DNA of 64,000 nt from Octopus sinensis (Eukaryota), in assembly GCF_006345805.1 (NCBI RefSeq), contig NC_043006.1:44330001-44394000 (forward strand), in the 5' to 3' direction. The notes under the pieces are model-generated. The model was not told the DNA's origin, ran no database searches, and saw nothing but the letters and a program-made list of their open reading frames with translations. A program made the translations under genes and the position numbers. The first letter of the stretch is position 1, and each line of letters starts with the position of its first letter. Below, one piece after another: positions 1 through 12,836 of this stretch.

Positions 1-589
1 CGAGCTAATCGACTTTTTCGTTTTCCACATGAAACGGAAAATAAGGCTGGAGATGAAATGCCTGTCGTAAAGTGTGTTTCATAAAAGACGGAAGTATATA
101 GCAAGTATGTTGCGAGTGAAAGAACCTGTTTAATCGAGAATGTAAAAAAGGAGAAAGCAACGTCTTCAGTGTGAGTATGTGGTTTGTTGGGTCAACCACG
201 TCCTCCGCTTCATTTTTTGTTAATCACTCATTCTCATTTAATTGTATATATTTTAATTGTTTGTTTATTCATACGTTTTGTCTCATTCGATACCCTGACC
301 CCAACGTTTGTTTTGTCTGTCCCCGTATTGTCCCCTCTTTTTCTCAACCTTATGGTGAATAAAGAAATACTCTCTCTCTCTCTCACTTTCTCTCTCCTTC
401 ACTCTCTCTCTCCCTATCTCTGTCCTATCTCTCTCTCTCTCTCTTTCACTCTCTCCTTCTCTCAGCTCACTGTTTCTGCCTTTATTGCAAATAAATATTA
501 TGCATACAACAGATCATACTCAATTCATACTCTAGCCCCTCTAGATCTTCCGCAGTCAATACTTATGTCTCACAAACATGTGTTATGAG

Positions 590-810
590 CCCTTTAACAC
601 TCAAATTACTCAGTCAAATGTAATGCTTATTTATTCACATAGCTTTGAATTAATCATGCATCTCATAGCTTTGAGATTTCAATGATGTGATAGTTTATTT
701 TTACAATGACATTATATTGTATGTGCAAGAGGTTAGATCTGGTCAGTTTGAACATAAAACAGATAGAATATTTGGGCCAGATATGGTCAGTTTAAATACT
801 AAAGGGTTAA
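590..810. mobile_element. piggyBac-like MITE (CCCTTT...AAAGGG|TTAA family 1)
   Basis: Begins ccctttaacactc and ends tactaaagggttaa. Related copies at ~54205-54430, 57893-58266 and 58263-58491. Confidence 0.65.
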
Positions 811-1161
811 ACACCTTACTCATACTTCATACAGAGATGTCTTTTAGCAGTAAAAGAAATGAAACCTTTATAGCCAATGGATGTAACAGAACTTATACAC
901 ATGCTAAATATGAAATGTATTCAATGAAATTCAATATAAATGTTTAGCTTAGAAAGGCACAAGTATGGCAGAGTGGTTAAGGGGCTCACTTTGGAACCAC
1001 ATGGTTTCAGGTTCATACCCACTGTACAACACCTTGACTACTTTAGTCTTCTACTAAAGTCCCAGGCCAAATAATAGCTTGTGAGCAGATTTGGTAGACT
1101 GAAACTGTGTGGAAGCTTGATGTGTGTGTGTGTGTGTATGTGTGTGTCTGTCTGTCTGTGC

Positions 1162-1231
<70 letters not shown>

Positions 1232-1299
1232 CATGTATGTATCTATGTATGTATATATTTAGTTAATATATAATCTTCCGTCACTTTCATTAATCAAAT

Positions 1300-1530
1300 A
1301 CAAAGACATATATATATATATATAAAGTTAATCCAAACATGAAAGCACAAAAAAAACAACAACGCGAGAACGTGGAACAAATATAGTATTATTGGATGCT
1401 CAGGAAGGAAGGGAAGAAGGAGGGTTTAACGTTTCGAGCGGAGCTCTTCGTCAGAAACATAGGAGAAGGAAAGATCCAGAGAAGGGAAGACAGAGGAAAA
1501 AAAATCGCCAACGGTACACACGCGGTCACA
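1300..1530 (-). mobile_element. Penelope-like element terminal fragment carrying a hammerhead ribozyme
   Basis: Short repeat flanked by TA/CA microsatellites. Contains the HHR at 1424-1458 and resembles the PLE 3' terminus at 28375-28560. Confidence 0.6.
1424..1458 (-). ncRNA. Minimal type I hammerhead ribozyme
   Basis: Minus strand reads GTTT-CTGACGA-A-GAGC-TCC-GCTC-GAAAC-GTT-AAAC: stem I GTTT/AAAC, intact core, stem II GAGC/GCTC, palindromic stem III AACGTT (dimer type). Confidence 0.85.
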
Positions 1531-1656
1531 CATACATACATACATTACATGCATATATATATATATAGTTGAAATTTATAGAAAAACAAAAGATGAAGAC
1601 AGGTGAATGAACAACAAACAGGTGTATTAGTTTGACACTCGGGAAAATGGAAAAGT

Positions 1657-1692
1657 CTTTTACGTTTCAAGCCTACACTCTTCAACAGAAAG
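1657..1692 (-). ncRNA. Hammerhead-like fold, CUGUUGA core variant
   Basis: CTTT-CTGTTGA-A-GAGT-GTAG-GCTT-GAAAC-GTA-AAAG. Stem I CTTT/AAAG; A6 replaced by U. Confidence 0.65.
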
Positions 1693-2190
1693 GAACACGA
1701 GGAAATTAACAGAATGTGTGTGTGTGTGTGTCCTTGTCTCTATGTTTGTCAACCCCCTCCCCAATTCTGCTGCAGCTTGACAATCAATGTTTGTTTGTCA
1801 AAATAGACCAATAGTTAGGCAAAATAGACCAATAGAATAAGTACTAGATTTGATAAACAACAAACAAACAGACACATAAGTATTGTGGATGATTTGCTTG
1901 ACTGAAGCCTTCAAGGCTGTGCCTCAACATAGTCACAGTCCAATGACAGAAGCAAATAAAAGATATAAGATGAATAAGATAAGGAACATAATTTCATAAT
2001 CAGACAAATATATGAAGGATGATGAAAATATTAGGTATTATTATTCGCTATCAGTTTCATAAACTTCACAGAACAACTAAAATCTAATGGCATTTGGAAA
2101 ACAGTTGAATAAACATCCTAGAACATATCTACTATCTCAAAGTGTTGTATTAGAAATGGTAAGCAGTAGAAAATAATTCAAAGTACTCAC

Positions 2191-2280
2191 CAGACGGAAT
2201 TGTCTTCTTTTACCTCTGCTCATCATTTTGGATGTCAATGGGGTATATAATAAACATGCAATGCCAACGAAATGTATCAA
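2191..2280 (-). CDS. Candidate 90-nt coding exon (LIHFVGIACLLYTPLTSKMMSRGKRRQFRL), product unknown
   Basis: Minus strand ...ttcacatcAG|exon|GTGAGT, phase 0/0, only one frame open, non-repetitive sequence. No family recognised. Confidence 0.25.
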
Positions 2281-2869
2281 CTGATGTGAATTTGGCTTTC
2301 AAGAAAAACAGACAAATTATCTGCCATCCTGGGAATTATGTCAGTTACTGTGCAACCAAATGCAGTCTAGTTATGAACAGCAAAGAAGACAGAAAGGCCA
2401 AATTTGAATAATAGATACTAAATTAAAGCTGATATCCTTTTAATATATTTTTCAAAGATTGAAATATTTAAAAATGGAAAAAAAAAAAGAGGTAAAAAAC
2501 ACACTTTACTGTCTCAGCGAATCTCCATAACAACAAACTGGTGTGATGAATTGCAAATTGTGGTGAAATTTAGCTGAAGAAGGCTTTGATGGGAATCAAA
2601 TTAACCTTTAGAATTCCAATGTTCTCTCCATGCTACTTTAGAGCTTTGTACATCATCATCATTATTGGTTTAACGTCTACTTTTCCACACTTGCATGGGT
2701 CAGATGAAATTTATTGAGGTAGATTTATTACACCCAGATGTCCTTCCTGTCATCAGCCCTCACCTGTTTCTGAGCAAGGTAATACTTCCCCATGGCCAGA
2801 CATGTTTTTGTAGAATATTTGAAATAAATAATGCTTATATGACTCTAATGTACATTTACAACTATTGAA

Positions 2870-3115
2870 CCGATCATGGCCGTTTGCCAGCCTCCTCTGG
2901 CCCCTGTGCTGGTAGCACATAAAAAACACCCACTACACTCACAGAGTGGTTGGTGTTAGGAAGGGCATCCAGCCACCATAGAAACACTGCCAGATCAGAC
3001 TGGAGCCTGGCGCAGCCTCCTGGCTTCCCAGACACCAGTCGAACCATACAACCCATGCTAGCATGGAAAACGGACGTTAAACGATGATGATGATGATGAT
3101 GATGATGATATGATG
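2870..3115 (+). mobile_element. SINE/LINE-tail family C (GGTTGGCGTTAGGAAGGGCATCCAG...TTAAACGATGATGAT)
   Basis: Conserved ~200-bp body with (GAT)n tail. Further copies at ~3710-4340(-), 9340-9620(-), 10300-10600(-), 39950-40110(-), 40380-40720(-), 53455-53620(+), 58005-58180(+), 60830-61070(+). Confidence 0.85.
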
Positions 3116-3869
3116 ATGCCGAAACAAGACCAAAAATATACACAGATACACACCCATGCGTACACACAAATATACATACATACATGTGTGTGTGTATGTG
3201 TATTTACTTTTACAATAGGGCTTCTTTCAGTTTCTATATACTAAATCTACACACAAGGCTTTGGAGGTCCCTGGGCTATAGCAGAAGACACTTGACCAAG
3301 ATGCTAAACAGTGGGCCTGAACTCAAAACTACTTGGTTGGAATGCAAACTTCTAAACCACATGACCATACCTGTGTCTGTTATTCAAAAAAAAAGAAAGG
3401 GATCAAAGGTCCTTCCTAAGCCATAGGCTCATAAAGTTGGTTCCCTAGATTCTGTGGCATATATGTTACCCCACAGGAGAGAACACTGCTCCATTACAGG
3501 ACTACCCATTTTTGCCAACTGAGTGAACTGGGGCAATGTGAAATGAAGTATTTTTGCTCAAACTTATGATCATGAGTACAACACCCTAACCACTGAACCA
3601 TATGGAGGGATACAGAGTAAAGTTGACTTCATGAGAATTTTATCAGAATATAGAGGGATAAATTAAAATTTTGTAAGGTATTTTACTGGCTACCATATCA
3701 TTATCATCATCATCCTCATCATTTAACATCCACTTTCCATGCTGGCATGTGTTGGACGGTTTGACTGAGGACTGGCAAGCCAGGAGGCTGCACCAGGCTC
3801 CAATCTGATCTGGCAAGGTTTCTACAGCTGGATGCCCTTCCTAATGCCAACCACTCTGAGAGTGTAGTG

Positions 3870-4300
3870 GGTGCTTTTTACATTTCACCAGCATGGGAGC
3901 CAATCAGGCAGCACTTGCAATGACCACACTCAAATGGTGCTTTTAATGTACCACTGGCACTGGAGCCAGTCAGGCAACACTGGCAACGACCACGCTCAAA
4001 TGGTGCTTTTTACATGCCACTGGCATTGGAGCCAATCAGGCAGTACTGGCAACAACTACACTCAAATGGTCGTTTTTACATGCCACTGGCAACAACCATG
4101 CTCAAATGGTGCTTTTTATATGCCACCAGCACAGAAGCCAGTGAGACAGCACTGGCATTGACCACGCTTGAATGGTGCTTTTCACATGTCACTGGCACAG
4201 GAGCTAGTCCAGTGGGACTGGCATCAACCACACTCAAATGGTGCTTTTTATGTGCCACCAGCACAGGAGCCAGTTAGGCAGTACTGGCATCGGCCAAGAC
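3870..4300. repeat. ~66-bp minisatellite inside a family C element
   Basis: GGTGCTTTT... units start at 3870, 3936, 4002 and so on; about 7 units, one shortened. Confidence 0.85.
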
Positions 4301-5262
4301 AATAATTTCACTTGACTCAAGAGGTCTTCTCAAGCACAGTATATTGCCCAATGAGTAAAGGGTACTCTTCTAAAAAATGTATATTCAGCCTTCCAATGGT
4401 TTGTTTCCCAGTTAAGCCAGATCTTTTATCTTTTAACTTTTACTTATTTTAGTGTTTATACTGCAGCCATGCTGGAGCACTGCTTTGAAGGTTTTAGTTG
4501 AACAAATTAACCCCAGTACTTATTTTCTTTTCTACTCTAGGCACAAGGCCCAAAATTCTTGGGGAGGGTGCCAGTCGATTAGATCAACCCCAGTACGCAA
4601 CTGGTACATAATTTATCAACTCAACTCCAAAAGGATGAAAGCTGACCTTGGCAGAATTTAAACTCAGAATGTAAAGACAGGCAAAACACCTATTTCTTTA
4701 CTACCCACAAGGGGCTAAACACAGAGGGTACAAACAAGGACAGACAAACGGATTAAGTCGATTATATCGACCCTAGTGCGTAACTAGTACTTATTTAATC
4801 GACCCCAAAAGGATGAAAGGCAAAGTCGACCTCAACGGAATTTGAACTCAGAACGTAACGGCAGACGAAATACTGCTAAGCATTTCACCCGGCCTGCTTA
4901 CGTTCCTGCCAGCACACCTTAACATATTTCAATATTAAAAACATTGTCAGTATATATTCTCTTATTATTTGTTGTTGGCATAGACAGGATTGCTCTGCAA
5001 ACTTCTACCATTGCATGAATTATTTGCACAGGTATTTTACAGAGACATGGGCTTTCTTTCTAAACAGTCTGGAAATGAATGTGGTCTATCTGTCTGTCAG
5101 TCCATCCATCTCACTCTCCTTCTCTCTACCTCTCTCTCCCTTCATTCTCTCTCCCCTTCCACACACACACACTCTCTCTCACTCTCTTTCCCTTGCTCTG
5201 CTCTCTCACTCTCTCTCTCTCTTCTATCTCTCCCACTCTCTCCCTATTTCTCTCTTTCACTC

Positions 5263-5315
<53 letters not shown>

Positions 5316-5338
5316 CATGTGTGTGTGTGTGTATAATA

Positions 5339-6616
5339 CATTACGTCATCCATAAATAATGCAGTTTTTTCAATTGCATGAACTAAAAGTTGGAGGGGGA
5401 CAGGATAAACTACCTGCAACAACTTGCTATAAAAGCAGGTAGTAATTTTACCTTGTACTTATTCTTTGTGCAAATTTTGAAAACTGCAGTTTGATTTTAA
5501 CAGTTATTTATTGTAAAGCTGTAATGGAATTGACAAAGGAGCATGTTTGGCATACTTTGCTTTGTGAGTTCAATAAAGGCAACAACACAATGGAAAGCGC
5601 GAGGAATATTAATGCAGTATACAGGGATTGGACAATAAATGTAAACCGGTGTCAATGGTGGTTCCAGAAATTCTGAGCTGGAAACTACAGCCTAGATGAC
5701 AAGTCACATCCTGGAAAATCTGTAAAGCTCAATGAGGACGTCCTGCAAAACCTGGTGGAACAAAATCCCATTGTAACTGTTGAGGAACAAGCAGAGAAGC
5801 TTGGATTTGGTCATTCAACCATTCATTGACACTTGTGTACCATTGGAAAAGTCAGAAAATAGGATCAATAGGTTCCTCACAAACTTTCCTAGTCTAATCA
5901 ATCACAGAGAGGGAATGTGTGCTCTTCTTTGCTGTCATGTCTCACAAATGAACCTTTTTAGGACCGAATAGTGACTGGTGGTGAGAAATAGGTTCTTTAT
6001 AAAAATAACAAGTGCCGAAGACAGTGGGTAAGGAAAGGAGAAACACCGACACCCCAGGCTAAAGAAGGTCTTCACCCACATAAGGGGATGTTTTCTGTTT
6101 GGTAGGATATAAAAGGTTTAATCCACTTTGAATTTTTAAACCTAAACCAGATAATAACAAAGGAGATCTACTATGAGCAGCTTGAGTGGCTTAAATCAGC
6201 ACTAGAAGAAAAACGTCCATCTTTTGGTTTCAAGATGAAAGGTGTTCTTCCATCAGGATAATGCTTGACTACATACAGCGAGGATGTCATTCCAAAGACA
6301 GGAGCAGTTTGTATGGGAAACGATACCCACCCACCATATTCGCCAGACATTGCCCCATCTGATTATCATTTATTCCGTAGTCTTCAAAATCATTTGGACA
6401 GAAAAAATATGAATTCTGTAGACGAGGTCACAACAGTACTGAAGGAGTATTTTTTTATCACGGACAAGTGAATTTTGGAAAGGGGCCTTGCAAGTCTACC
6501 ACATAGATGGAAGAGCATTGTGGAAAATGAAAGAGTATATTTTAGGTTAAAATACCTTAATTTCAAAAAATAAAAGATGTATTAAAAAAACACATTATTT
6601 ATGGGATGACGCAACA
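5339..6616 (+). mobile_element. Full-length degenerate mariner transposon
   Basis: TIRs cattacgtcatccataaataatgc / cacattatttatgggatgacgcaaca with TA on both sides. Broken ORF includes MELTKEHVWHTLLCEF..WWFQKF, VPHKL, DRIVTGGEK and HPPYSPDIAPSDYHLFRSLQNHL. Confidence 0.92.
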
Positions 6617-6809
6617 TATATACATGTATATATATGCACACACACACGCACACACACACACACATCCACACACACACATGCATATTTACAGATATTTATA
6701 ATATATATATATATAAACATTTACAAATGTATATACATATATATAATATATGCTTGTGTGTGTATGTATACATTTACATATATGTGCATGTGTGTATATA
6801 TGTGTGTGA

Positions 6810-6847
<38 letters not shown>

Positions 6848-7471
6848 TACATACACACACACAAACATTCACACACACACACACACACTCACACATATAT
6901 ATATATACATTTCTCTCTTTTTCTGAGTAAACTGAAACAAATATACGTTGCACTTTATATCAGTAGCAGAGCTGAGAACTTTAACGAGACACACATACTA
7001 TACCTGTTCAGGTGTTGTTTGTGCTTAAATAGTTTGATTTGGATTTAGAGTGACATTTGATGAAGACTGACATTTCAGAAAACTCATAATTATTGATTAA
7101 AATATTAACAGCAAAACAAGAAGAAAAGGTAAACAAAAACAGAAATTCTTCCTCAACGCAAAAAACCCCATAAAATTTTAAAATTTTATTTGGTTAATCC
7201 ATATTGCTTAACTCTTACAAAATGTCTCTCTTTTTATGGTTTATTTGGAAGAAGACAGTTAATGTCCATTGCCTTTTGAAGACTCCCTAATATTATCTTT
7301 TACTTGCTTTAGTCATTGGACTGTTGCCATGCTGGGGCATGCCTTGAAGGGTTTTTGTCACATAAATCAATCACAGTACTTATTTCTTTTCAAGTTTAGT
7401 ATTTATCTTATCATAAACTTTTGCTGAACTTCCAAGTGACAAGAATGTAAACAAACCAATACTACATTATT

Positions 7472-7816
7472 TACATTATTTACATTTGACAAATATTTGT
7501 CTTCATCTTGTTTGTTGCTAACACAACATTTCAGTTGATATACTTTCCAGCCTTCATCAGGGCATATGGCGTAATGGTTAAGAACGCGGGCTACTAACCC
7601 CAAGATTCTGAGTTTGATTCCAGGCAGTGACCTGAATAATAATAATGATAATAATAATAATATTAATAATAACATCGGAAAATACTATGAGAATGAGAAC
7701 TCAGGTTCAAAATTTCCTCCAAGACAGCTGATGAAGGCTGGAGGGTATATCAGCCGAAATGTTGTGTTAACAACAAACAAGATGAGGACAAATATCTGTC
7801 AAATGTAAATAATGTA
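7472..7816 (+). mobile_element. Fold-back element: tRNA-like head plus HHR-bearing tail, with an inverted duplicate of the tail
   Basis: ~89-bp inverted arms at 7472-7560 and 7728-7816. Spacer starts ggcatatggcgtaatggttaag...gagtttgattccagg (A/B-box-like). Confidence 0.75.
7723..7768 (+). ncRNA. Type I hammerhead ribozyme (slightly decayed)
   Basis: gacag-CTGATGA-A-GGCTG-gagggtatat-CAGCC-GAAAT-GTT-gtgtt. An inverted, more decayed copy lies at ~7520-7565(-). Confidence 0.75.
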
Positions 7817-7964
7817 CATAATTCCTCATCTCTTAAATATAGAACTGAAAACCACTACTAGTTGTGAAGTAGTAGTGGGGTGACACAGTCACGTGTATGT
7901 GTGTGTGTGTGTGTTTGCTTGTGTCTTCTTGTATTGACATCACATGAGTGTTGTAGATGAATAA

Positions 7965-8195
7965 GGCAGCAAGCTGGCAGAATCGTTAGCATGCCAGGTG
8001 AAATGCTTAGCGGTATTTCATCTGCCATTACATTCTGAGTTTAAATTCCACCGAGGTCAACTTTGCCTTTCATCCTTTCGGGTTGATTAAATAAGTACCA
8101 GTTATGCACTGGGGTCAATGTAATCAACTTAATCCCTTTGTCTGTCCTTGTTTGTCCCCTCTATGTTTAGCCCCCTGTGGGAAATAAAGAAATAA
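7965..8195 (+). mobile_element. tRNA-derived SINE family B (GGCGGCGAGCTGGCAGAA...GAGTTCAAATTCC)
   Basis: A/B-box-like head. Copies at ~4530-4915(-), 24270-24480(-), 24890-25110(-), 44820-44980(-), 47150-47370, 47445-47660, 51660-52050, 55770-55990, 56985-57220. Confidence 0.85.
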
Positions 8196-9709
8196 ATATT
8201 CTTTGAAAAATTGCCTGGCCATATGGAAATATTATCTAACTTGGAAACAGGCAAAGGTTAGATTCAGGAAAGTAATTAGGGACTATTTGAATAGTAGAAC
8301 ATATCTGAATTAGTAGAACACCAAACTGGGTGTTTAGTGAACTTAATTTGATTTCATACTGTTCTGATTTCAAATGCAGGAGCAGAAGTAAAACAATAAC
8401 CATGGTTGATATACGGTAATTGATCCAGTTGATTATCCCTACCCTAATAACAATCAATGGCTTTGAATCAGGTTTTAAAAAATCAATTAGTTGATAAATA
8501 TCAATAATAATATGGAAAGCCTCTCATCCATGAAACTAATTGCTCCACTAAGCACGGGGTTTTACTTATGGATATTTGAATGCATCCATCCACAAAGATG
8601 CAAATATCAAAATTTGTAGAATTACCCTTACAAAATTATTGTGGAACAATAAGTGCAAAAGAGAAGTAATTCATTACCACTTCTGTCAAAAAATACTTAA
8701 ATGGCTTATTTTATATTGATTGAAATTACTTCATTTGTTAGCCATTCTTCATTTAATTATTATTGTATGCTTCACCCATATGTTACAGTGATCATCCTCC
8801 ACCTCCTTGAACCACTAACTTATCTCCCCTCATGCACTACACCCACTTCTCTACCCTCCCCTCACACTCCTGCAGCCTACCCAACTATATATCCCCTCTC
8901 TCTTATCCTCCCCACGCCTGAAAACTGTATCATCATTACTATCATTGTCACTATCCTGTCACTTTCCCCTGCTCTCTTCTACATCCCTTTACCTTCCCTA
9001 ACTCATGCATCATTAGGATAAGCTAAATAGGATAAAGCAATCCACCCTGAATCTTAGAGTCTCATTGTTTCCCAGTTTCTGTGGTGTATCTATTCCCCAC
9101 TGGATGGTGGGGAATGTGGTGCATCTATCCCCCCCCCCCCACCTGCATAGGGGGAATGTGGTGTACTCACCTTGTGCATTTGAGGAACAATTTGGACTTG
9201 CAGTTCCTACTGATCATTCCTCAAATCTATTATACTCCTGCATGTAATGTTGCTTGCATATTCCACACAAGCTTCTTACCACACAGCCATGCCTACACCT
9301 GTGTTTATATTCACTGTGTCATTGTCCCATCAGACATCATCATCATCATCATCATCGTTTAACATCCACTTTCCATGATGGCATGGGTTTGACTGGAAAC
9401 TGGTGAGCTAGATGGCTGCACCAGGATCCAATCTGATCTGGCAGAGATTCTACAGCTTGATGCCTTTCCTAACGCCAACCACTCCGAGAGTGTAGTGAAT
9501 GCTTTTACATCCCACTGGCACGAGGGCCAGTCAGGTGGTACTGGCAATGGCCACGCTCAAATGGTGTTTTTATGTGTCACCTGCACAGAAGCCAATCCAG
9601 TGGCACTGGCAACGCCCTCACTCTAGATAATAAAAATTAGAGCTTTAAACATAGCATTTTTATTGTTATAATCTTAATGTTTTTCTTTCTTAAATAAACA
9701 TTCCCATAT

Positions 9710-10150
9710 GACATATATATCTATACTAGACAGATCTACCGAGAAGATTACCAAAGCCCAACATATGTGATAATTCTTTTAGTTGTCTTATCTTCTAGTG
9801 CTGTTTCCTATCTTTTTTTATCTTCACTATGTTTTACAAGGGTTGATAATTTCTCTTTCCTCTCCACAAATGATCGACCATGTCTGATTTTTCTGTCTCC
9901 CTATGGAGACTACAAGATTATGGCTTTATGATGATTCTCTAACTTTATTGTTAAAAGACTACTGATCTCGCCTTTATATTCACAATTGCAGTTTCATGGA
10001 GGGAAATTTACAGAGTTCATGGTGTGGGTGTGTGAAAGTTATCATTATGAGATTGTCAGGGTGAGAAAATGGTGTCATCGGTTTGTATTTCCAGTTGACG
10101 TTATATTCCATAAACTCCTTGTCATGTAAACTGACCAGTGGCTGACCATC
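9710..10150 (-). mobile_element. Penelope-like GIY-YIG endonuclease remnant
   Basis: Minus-strand frameshifted translation CNCEYKGEISSLLTIKLENHHKA..HRETEKSDMVDHLWRGKRNYQPL*NIVKI, matching the PLE GIY-YIG C-terminal pattern. Confidence 0.6.
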
Positions 10151-10601
10151 AAAATAATGCCTCAGTTAGTACTCATCCAATATGAAATGAACAAATGAAG
10201 ACACACACACATAATATGATGTGTATATGTGTGTGTCTCTGCTTATATGTATACATATGTATGTATGTATATACCCAAATGTATATACATCTACACTATC
10301 ATCATCATCATCATTTAACGTCCATTTTCCATGCTGGCATGGGTTGGACTGTTTGACTGAGGTCTGGAGAGTCAGCAACTGCACCAGGCTCCAATCTAAT
10401 CTAGTAATATTTCTACAGCTGGATGGCCTTCCTAATGCCAACCACTCCAAGAGTATAGTGGGTGCTTTTTACATGCCACCAGCACGGGAGCCAGTCAGTG
10501 GGTATTGGCATTGGCCACATTTGGATAGTGCTTTTTATGTGCCACTGGCACGAGAGCCAGTCAGGCGGACCTGGCATTGACCATGTTTGGATGGTGTTTT
10601 A

Positions 10602-10670
<69 letters not shown>

Positions 10671-11551
10671 AGTGTGATGTAACTCTTTGGAATAACAATT
10701 GTATGCGGCTGAAGAGAGCTTTAAACCATCCTTTATGTCTATTATACACTGATGTAAGAATAGATCGTTTATAAAGCTTGAAACACATGTACCACGACAT
10801 CCTTTGTGTTCTGTTTTTGATTTCATTTGATACATATACCCTCTTACCTCTGCTACTAGCTGGTGTATACAGGTGCTTGCACTTATCAAGTAGTCATCCT
10901 AAATTTTATATATATATACACGCATACATACACACATACACACATACATTCATACATACATACATACATACATACATACATACATACATACATACATACA
11001 TCTGTGTGTTTGTATGTGTGTGTGTGTGTGTGTGCATGCATGTAACATGCAAAATAATAATAATAATTAAGCAATTCAATTACAATTCGCTGAATAATAA
11101 CAACAAATCTAACTGCAACAAGATGGCCACCAAAACTACAATCTTCAGATTAATTTAGTTTGGTCTCTAAAGATCCTGACTGAGAATCCTTCAGAGACTA
11201 ACATAGCTTTTATTCCTTCCAAAATTAACCACAGAAATCCTACAAGGAAAACACATTGTAATAGGCATATTGTCCACCATTATGCAAAAGTTCCTGGTAA
11301 TAAAATGGAATCTTGGCAGTTGCCAACTTAACATACTAACCACGATATATGAAGTGACTGTTAAAAAAATTGCTGCAGCCTCCATCATTCAACCAACTTT
11401 ATTTAGACTATTTTAAACAACTAATTGGGTTTTTGTAATGGTAAAAATCACAATGTTAAAATGCCATGACATATAGAATTCTTATTGCCATTTCCTATGA
11501 CCTGAAGAGAACAGTGAGGTCTCTGCAGACCATCCATGAAATGTGCAGTCA

Positions 11552-11589
<38 letters not shown>

Positions 11590-11794
11590 TGTAGACAATG
11601 TATGATTATATATACATACACATATATGCACATACCTATGTATATACATATAGTGGGTGCATATATGTGTATTTACAAATACACACACACACATATATAT
11701 ATGCATATGCATATATATATATGTATGTATATATACAAATCTATCTATCTATAGATAGATTGAGTGAGAGAGAGAAGGAAAGCTGTGTGTGTGT

Positions 11795-11827
<33 letters not shown>

Positions 11828-12324
11828 TATATAGATAGATAGATAGATACATATATGTTTAAAAATTAAGAAAATCTTGAGGACTAAAGAATAGCTGTGA
11901 AAACAGCTTAAGAAAATCAGGTGAAAATACTTCTATACACATCTATAGGTGTATTTTTACGCAATTTTCTAAAGCTGTTTTCAGAGCTATGCTCCTACTT
12001 TCAAGATTTTCTTAATTTCTAAAAATATGTCAACTCACTCATCACTCCAGTGTTTGCTGATAAAGATATATACATATATACATTTATATGTGTATGTGTA
12101 TATGTATGTGTATATATATATAATATATATCATATGTTTGAATATAAATATGTATATATAGACACAGGAGTGGCTGTGTGGTAAGTAGCTTGTTTACCAA
12201 ACACATGGTTCTGGGTTCAGTCCCACTGCATGGCACCTTAAACGATGATGATGATGATGATATATATATATATATATATATATATGAAGCCCGTCATATA
12301 TATATATGTGTGTGTGTGTGTGTG

Positions 12325-12375
<51 letters not shown>

Positions 12376-12805
12376 GTGTGTGTGTGTTTGTGTCTGTGTT
12401 TGTCTACCCACCATCACTTGACAACCGATGCTGGTGTGTTTATATCCCTGTAACCCTGTAGCGGTTCAGCAAAAGTGACCGATAGAATAAGTACTAGGCT
12501 TACAAAGAATAAGTCCTGGATGTGATTTGTTCAACTAAAGGCAGTGCTCCAGCATGGCCAAAGTCAAATGACTGAAACAAGTAAAAGAATAAAATAACAT
12601 ATGTATGCGTATGTGTGTATGTGTGTACGTGGGTGTTGGTGCATATGTGTGTGTGTGTAAATGATCTAAGAAAATTTTTAGTTTTAACTTGTTTCTTATA
12701 AATCACTCTATAAAAACCAGTTTATCAGGAGCCTATCCACTGATTGTGCATTGTGAGTGAACTTGGTGGACAGAAACTGTGTGGAAGCCTGTAATGTGTG
12801 TATGC

Positions 12806-12836
<31 letters not shown>

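Noticed and set aside
955-1040. tRNA-like sequences at SINE heads as tRNA genes
   Set aside because: They continue into SINE bodies and lack complete cloverleafs.
3870-4300. Regularly spaced repeats as a CRISPR array (also 17700-17930 and 28705-29010)
   Set aside because: Whole units are homologous with no unique spacers; eukaryotic minisatellites with no cas genes.
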